DNA from: Octopus sinensis
Taxonomy: Eukaryota
Direction of reading: 5' to 3'
DNA length: 13,081 nucleotides
Assembly (NCBI RefSeq): GCF_006345805.1
Contig: NW_021826340.1
Coordinates: 1-13,081 of the forward strand
Below the pieces are notes generated by a model. That model was not told the origin of the DNA, did not search any database, and saw only the letters and a list, made by a program, of their open reading frames with translations. Of this stretch, positions 7,941 to 13,081 are shown piece after piece; the stretch's first letter is position 1, and the number at the start of each line of letters is the position of its first letter. The translations under genes were made by a program, and so were the position numbers.

Positions 7941-8562
7941 TATATATATATATGTGTGTATTGTCTTAGTGAAACCTCTCAATGAGATTTTCATATTGAA
8001 AATCATAGAGCCCAAGTGTTCGTCAGATACGGCGTTTCGACACCAGTTATCCACGTCAGTGATGAACAATGCAGATCTTACCGAGCAGAGTCCCAACAAA
8101 ATTCGTTTCGTATAGAAATTGGTATTCAAAACATTCAGTGACTTCTACGAAAGCTGATCAGGCTAGAATTAAATTTCTATATGCACACATTTCAAACAGT
8201 ATTTGATTGCAATAACGATATGCATAACAACATAGAACAGAAATAACTGTAGTAATATTTTAGTCTGAGATATATTTCCTATGCTGTTACACACACACAC
8301 ACGTGAAGAGACAAGCACAAACACATGTGCTGTGTGTGTGTTGTGTGTAAAGAATGGCACCTAGATCTACAGGCAAGCAGACATATCTAGTATGTATTTC
8401 ATAAATAGGCTTGTTAGTCAATTTCTGAATCTGCAATCATTAACCATTGATCACGAACTTCACAGTATAATGAACTATTCGGTAATAATTGCTTACCATA
8501 ACATGTGTTTATTTGCTGGCATATTGACAAACAAGCAAATTTAACTTATCCTACATAAAGAA

Positions 8563-8649
8563 CATATATATATATATGTATATGTATTTGTATGTATTTA
8601 TATATGTATATATGTATATACAAATATACATACGTGCTTGTATATATAC

Positions 8650-8696
<47 letters not shown>

Positions 8697-8812
8697 TGTG
8701 TGTGTGTGTATGTGCGTGTGTGTGTGTGTGTGTTGTGCGTGCGTGTGTGTGTGTGTATGTGCGTGTGTGTGTGTGTGTGTGTGTGCGTGCGTGTGTGGTG
8801 TGTGTGTGTGTG
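8563..8812. repeat. Compound (TA)n/(TG)n microsatellite
   Basis: Read directly. Confidence 0.95.
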
Positions 8813-8976
8813 TTAGTATTTGCTTCAACAGTTTGTTTTAGATTAAATCTCCTGCCAAAATTACACAATGATATATATGAGTTTGATATGTGCATGAATG
8901 TGCTTCTACGTGAATTTACATATACCTATAAGTGCATGTGCGTATGGGTGGTGGTACGTGTGTGAGTCTCAACAGC

Positions 8977-8980
8977 TATA

Positions 8981-9024
<44 letters not shown>

Positions 9025-9028
9025 TATA
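8977..9028. repeat. (TA)n microsatellite
   Basis: Read directly. Confidence 0.95.
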
Positions 9029-9034
9029 GTTCTA

Positions 9035-9439
9035 GGCGCAAGCATGGTTCTATGGTAAAGCGCTTCCTTCACAACTACAACGTTTGGGGTTCAGTTCCTC
9101 TGCGTAGTACATTGAGGAAGTGTCCTCCGCGCTACTGTCTTGAACTGACCAAAGACTTGAGAGTTGACTTGGTATCTATCTATTTATCTAATTAGCTAGC
9201 TAGTTATATATGTTGTGTGTGCGCGCGCATACGCGTCTTTGCGTTTGGGTTTGTCTCCCCCGCTACCATTTGATAACAGGTGTTCGCTTCCTTACTTTCT
9301 CCGTTATATAGCGGTACGGCAAAATAGAGAACGATACAATAAGTAGCAAACTTAGAAAAGCACAAGGGTTTATTAGTTCGAGTAAAGTGATGAAGGTGGT
9401 GCCCCATCATGGCCGCAGAGGAATGAATGATAAAAGATA
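9035..9439 (+). mobile_element. SINE family A, old diverged copy
   Basis: ggcgcaagcatgg...ggggttcagttcc...gaccaaagacttgagag...tagcggtacggcaaaa...ggtgccccatcatggccgcag, collinear with the 6994 copy. Confidence 0.85.
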
Positions 9440-9443
9440 CACA

Positions 9444-9883
9444 CGTATAGGTATGGCTGTGTGGTAACATGGTTCCGGGTTCAATCCCTCTGCGTGGCAA
9501 CTTGGGCAAGTGTCTTCTAGTACAGTCTCGGGCCGACCAAAGCCTTGTGAGTGGATTTGGTAGACGGAAACTGAAAGAAGCCCGTCACACACACACACAC
9601 ACATATATAATTATGGACGAAGATATGCTGCATTTTTATACATACACACATGTATATATGTATGTACGTGTGTATGTATATGTTTGTGTGTCTGTGTTTG
9701 TCCCCCCAACACCGCTTGACAACCGATGCTGGTGTCTTTACGACCCCATCACTTAGCGTTTCGGCAAGAGAGACCGATAGAATAAGTACTACGCTTGCAA
9801 AGAATAAGTCCAGGGGTCGATTTGCTCGACTAAAGGCGGTGCTCCAGCATGGCTGCAGTCAAATGACTAAAACAAATAAAAGA

Positions 9884-9886
<3 letters not shown>
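9444..9886 (+). mobile_element. SINE family A with head deletion and 39-bp insert in the internal microsatellite
   Basis: High similarity to the 1283 and 6994 copies; ggtaa joined directly to catgg in the head. Confidence 0.92.
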
Positions 9887-9923
<37 letters not shown>

Positions 9924-10029
9924 TAGAGAAGAAACACTATTATGCAATTCAAACAATGATAGACATAAACCAAATCATAAAGAAAAATTAAAATATATTA
10001 TAAAACATATAACTAGATCACAAAAAGTT

Positions 10030-10540
10030 CTCGTGGCTTCTGATCTTAATTGATTGGAAGTGTTATCATGTATATTGTTTTGTCTTGGTACAGCAAATAT
10101 TCTGCTCAATACCACAGATTTGCTTGTCAGTTGTTTGACCATGACCAGTTGACCATGTCCCTTAATGGCTGACGATATGTGCGTATCTGACCAGGAGCAG
10201 AAGTAGTGGGGCAGCATCATAGCCGTGTGTTGAAAGGAATTCTTGGAGGTTTGGATAATTCACCTTTGGGCACACGGGCGGTTCGTTCAACAACCTTAAA
10301 CAATCCTTATTCAGGGACCTTTTGAGCGGGATGGGCTACTCGGCCAGAAGAAAATTCTAACTGTGCCCCACCTGCAAGGTCATGCGCTGTTTATCTTGAT
10401 ATGAGATCACCATGTCGCGCACATCTTGTGATGCATGTGCTTGGTGTACCCTTATCAGACGGGTAGTCATGATGGGTATACTGGGTTTCGTATATTTTAC
10501 CCCACAGTCACTTTGATGGCATGCACTGCTCTCTCACTCA
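10030..10540. mobile_element. Probable interspersed repeat (LINE terminal/UTR region, unclassified) abutting (AAT)n
   Basis: ~500-bp block richer in GC than its flanks, with a sharp end ctctctcactc|aataat. It looks like a sequence I recall as repeated in octopus (unverified). No protein motif found; left boundary uncertain. Confidence 0.45.
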
Positions 10541-10555
10541 ATAATAATAATAATA

Positions 10556-10623
<68 letters not shown>
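10540..10623. repeat. (AAT)n microsatellite
   Basis: About 27 units with one interruption. Confidence 0.97.
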
Positions 10624-10625
<2 letters not shown>

Positions 10626-10670
10626 TAGACCAAAGCCAAACTTACAAATATTAGACCAAAGCCAAACTTA
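10624..10670 (+). repeat. 21-bp direct repeat x2 (period 26)
   Basis: attagaccaaagccaaactta at 10624-10644 and 10650-10670. Confidence 0.9.
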
Positions 10671-10979
10671 GTTCGCTTTTGGTGTATCTTTGAATCTCAG
10701 TGTAGGTCTTCCATAGTTTCTTTTCCCCTTGCATAGTTGGTAGTAAAGGAGTTCTCTGGGCAGTCTGTTGTCGTCCATAGTGTACGTATCCAAACTGACA
10801 TAAATTTTTATCAATAAAGACTTCTATAATAAGAGGCAGATCAGCACACTGGAAGGTCTCTTTTTTGTTGATCTTGTCAAAGTGATATTTATAATTTGTT
10901 GTAACTGTCTCATTATATATGCCTGTAACTTTTCTATTTGAGCCTCATAGACTATCCAGGTTTAGGCTCCATACAGCAG
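10668..10979 (-). mobile_element. RTE-clade LINE fragment (post-RT C-terminal region), decayed
   Basis: With two frameshifts and one stop it reads LLYGA*TWIVYEAQIEKLQAYIMRQLQQIINIT/DKINKKETFQCADLPLIIEVFIDKNLCQFGYVH/MDDNRLPRELLYYQLCKGKRNYGRPTLRFKDT, matching RTE motifs LLYGxETW, GHVxRM, RLP, GKRxxGRPxxRxKD. Confidence 0.88.
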
Positions 10980-11793
10980 AAAAATCATCATAATTAGAAA
11001 GTTTTTCCACCCTTTTTTACTGTGATGATATTCTCATTTAGGTTTGCTTCACTTGTTAATATGCAAACCCGAAATCTTTAGTTTTTTTTTCATAATAATA
11101 ATACGTTAGGGCTCACTCGGTAAATACATGCATATTCTAAAATATCGCGTCATTTAATTTTCTACCGAATTATCTGGAGCATACCTATGATTTTTCCTAC
11201 ATATGAAGTGCATATTTTGCATATTTTCAAGTGATGATGTCTTCTGGCTTATTTTCATGCATCAAGTAGAGTAACCAGTTAGCGTCATATACTATTTTCG
11301 GTGATATATTGTTTTTCAAAATATACTTCTGGTTTATATTTGGGACAACGCACAGGTCTGAAGGTGAACGCCGAAAATGCAACTCATCTGAGAAGAGCAT
11401 ATATTACTCTAAAGAGTAACTGGTACAGCCTGGATTTTGTTTTTAGCATCGACAAACTAGACAGGTTACCGTCTGATCTGGTGTGAAGGTAAACACCATC
11501 AGTTGATATCTCAAATGCGTGTTATAGTATGAGTGCGAAGAAGATGCCAAACAAAACCTCATGACATAAGCGTTAAATAATATGTTTTCTGACACACTCA
11601 ACATAAAATATGTTTAAACTAACTTTTGTTTTTCATACTAATGATACGGCTAAGTAATTAACCCCGAATGATTATTCATGTTTTAAATATTATTGCAACA
11701 GTCTATAGATTATTGCCGATGAGTTTAATAAAGCTTTGAAGTTTATTGGGAAGACAATTAGACATGAAAGGACAGAGTATTCTTCAACTAGAA

Positions 11794-11891
11794 CAACGAT
11801 TATCCGCCATAACCATCAACGGTTGATCTGAATAATGTAATTATCAACGATTATCCTCCATAATTATCGATGATTGATCTGAATAATGTAA
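11794..11891 (+). repeat. 47-bp tandem duplication (period 51)
   Basis: caacgattatcc...ttgatctgaataatgtaa at 11794-11840 and 11845-11891, 6 mismatches. Confidence 0.9.
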
Positions 11892-12039
11892 AAGAGTTTT
11901 AAAATACAACCTCGAAAATTTTCTCCTTCAACGAAAAATAACAAAAATTTCTTCCCTGGAAAACCCAAAAGGAATTGTCATAGTTCTATAGATTGGATCT
12001 TCATTTAGAATGAGAGCATAATTAAGCACACTGTTCATA

Positions 12040-12209
12040 GCTGTTTCAAATTTAGGAAAAAGTAATCAATTTTGAAGGGAGGTAGAAGCTTATATCTTCG
12101 ACCCCAGTACTTGACTGGTACTTTATTTTACCAACCCGAATGGAGAAAAGGCAATGTCGAATTGAAATTTTGTACGGCGTCCTAGCAATTCTGTCCGGTC
12201 GGCACGTTA
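12040..12209 (-). mobile_element. SINE family B (B3 tail), degenerate and internally deleted
   Basis: tcgaccccagtacttgactggtactttatttt...aaaggcaatgtcga is the reverse complement of the family B body. Confidence 0.75.
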
Positions 12210-12225
12210 AGCACGATGTATATAT

Positions 12226-12416
12226 TGGTTTAAAATTTGGTACAGAGCCAACAATTTTGATGGAGGGGTGCTCAACTGGTACTTGTTTTATCGACTGCGA
12301 AAGGATACGAAATGCAAAGTCGACATCGGCGGAATTTGAACTCAGAGCTTAATGATAGGTGAAATGCTGCTAAGCATTTAGCCTAGTGTGCACTCATTCT
12401 ACAAGCTTACTACCTT
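12226..12416 (-). mobile_element. SINE family B (B3 tail), degenerate
   Basis: caaagtcgacatcggcggaatttgaactcaga...gctaagcattt is the reverse complement of the family B head and body. Confidence 0.8.
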
Positions 12417-12507
12417 CACACACACTGTATAAACTGCTACGGCAGTATCTACAATATTGTAATACAACGGTGAATTTAGGATCTTGTTTCCGTGAAGAAA
12501 ATAAATG

Positions 12508-12553
12508 AATGAATTACTGCCAAATACATAAATGAATTACTGCCAAATACATA
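12508..12553 (+). repeat. Perfect 23-bp tandem duplication
   Basis: aatgaattactgccaaatacata x2. Confidence 0.92.
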
Positions 12554-13081
12554 AGCACTTATAAAGTAGATAATGCTATGGAAATTGCATCATATAATAA
12601 ATGGATTAACTTGATACAGGATCACTGCAGCGATAATATAAATAATGAAGATATTCTGGAAAACCTTATTACCTATCTCTGTATCACCGCAAAAGCTGAA
12701 AATAAGATCATGAAAGAATAAACACCTTGGCGCAGACATGGTAAGAATAGGTATAATCAAAGTGAAAAAAAAAAACTTTACTATTCAATGAAGCATTGCT
12801 TCATATCAAGGATGTTGGAAATAACTATACTGGTAGATATACAACTGAGATAGTGCATCATAACTTGGCGTAACATGCATACAGTTTCAATTGAATGAGA
12901 CACTTAATACTACTTGGTTTAATACACCTTTATCTAAATAGGTGATACCTTTACTTGTACATTAAACACTGTAAATGGCAAAAGTAGTGTATAATAAATT
13001 CGTTACATCGATGACTATGTTGATGACCTCTTATGTGATTGAAGTCACAACAATAAAGATTCAGAATCCAAAGTTGTGACA

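Noticed and set aside
11301-11486. 61-aa ORF in unique sequence
   Set aside because: GTG start, no recognisable motif or clear splice signals; length expected by chance.
11794-11891. CRISPR-like repeat-spacer pattern
   Set aside because: Only two units with a 4-bp gap, eukaryotic context, no cas genes.
12620-12746. AG...ATG|GTAAGA exon-like segment
   Set aside because: Weak acceptor, and the longer frames close before the donor.

Overview
AT-rich, microsatellite-dense eukaryotic DNA, intronic or intergenic. The repeat content looks like a coleoid cephalopod, most likely Octopus; this is recognition, not a database result. No complete gene is present, and almost all ORF-track entries are translations of microsatellites or SINEs. 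The window holds about 17 whole or partial tRNA-type SINE copies in three families (A, B, C here), a CR1-clade LINE 3' fragment, an RTE-clade LINE fragment, a Tc1/mariner-type MITE, a probable hAT end, many simple repeats and one plausible 120-bp coding exon. Four observations stand out: (1) a ~330-bp element at 5150-5480 combining a Pol III B-box, an (AAT)n tract, a Penelope-type minimal hammerhead ribozyme and an inverted end copy; (2) a SINE inserted into the homologous position of a related SINE with a perfect 17-bp duplication; (3) an exact 39-bp copy of nearby sequence inside a SINE's internal microsatellite; (4) a tail-to-tail inverted SINE cluster able to form long dsRNA.
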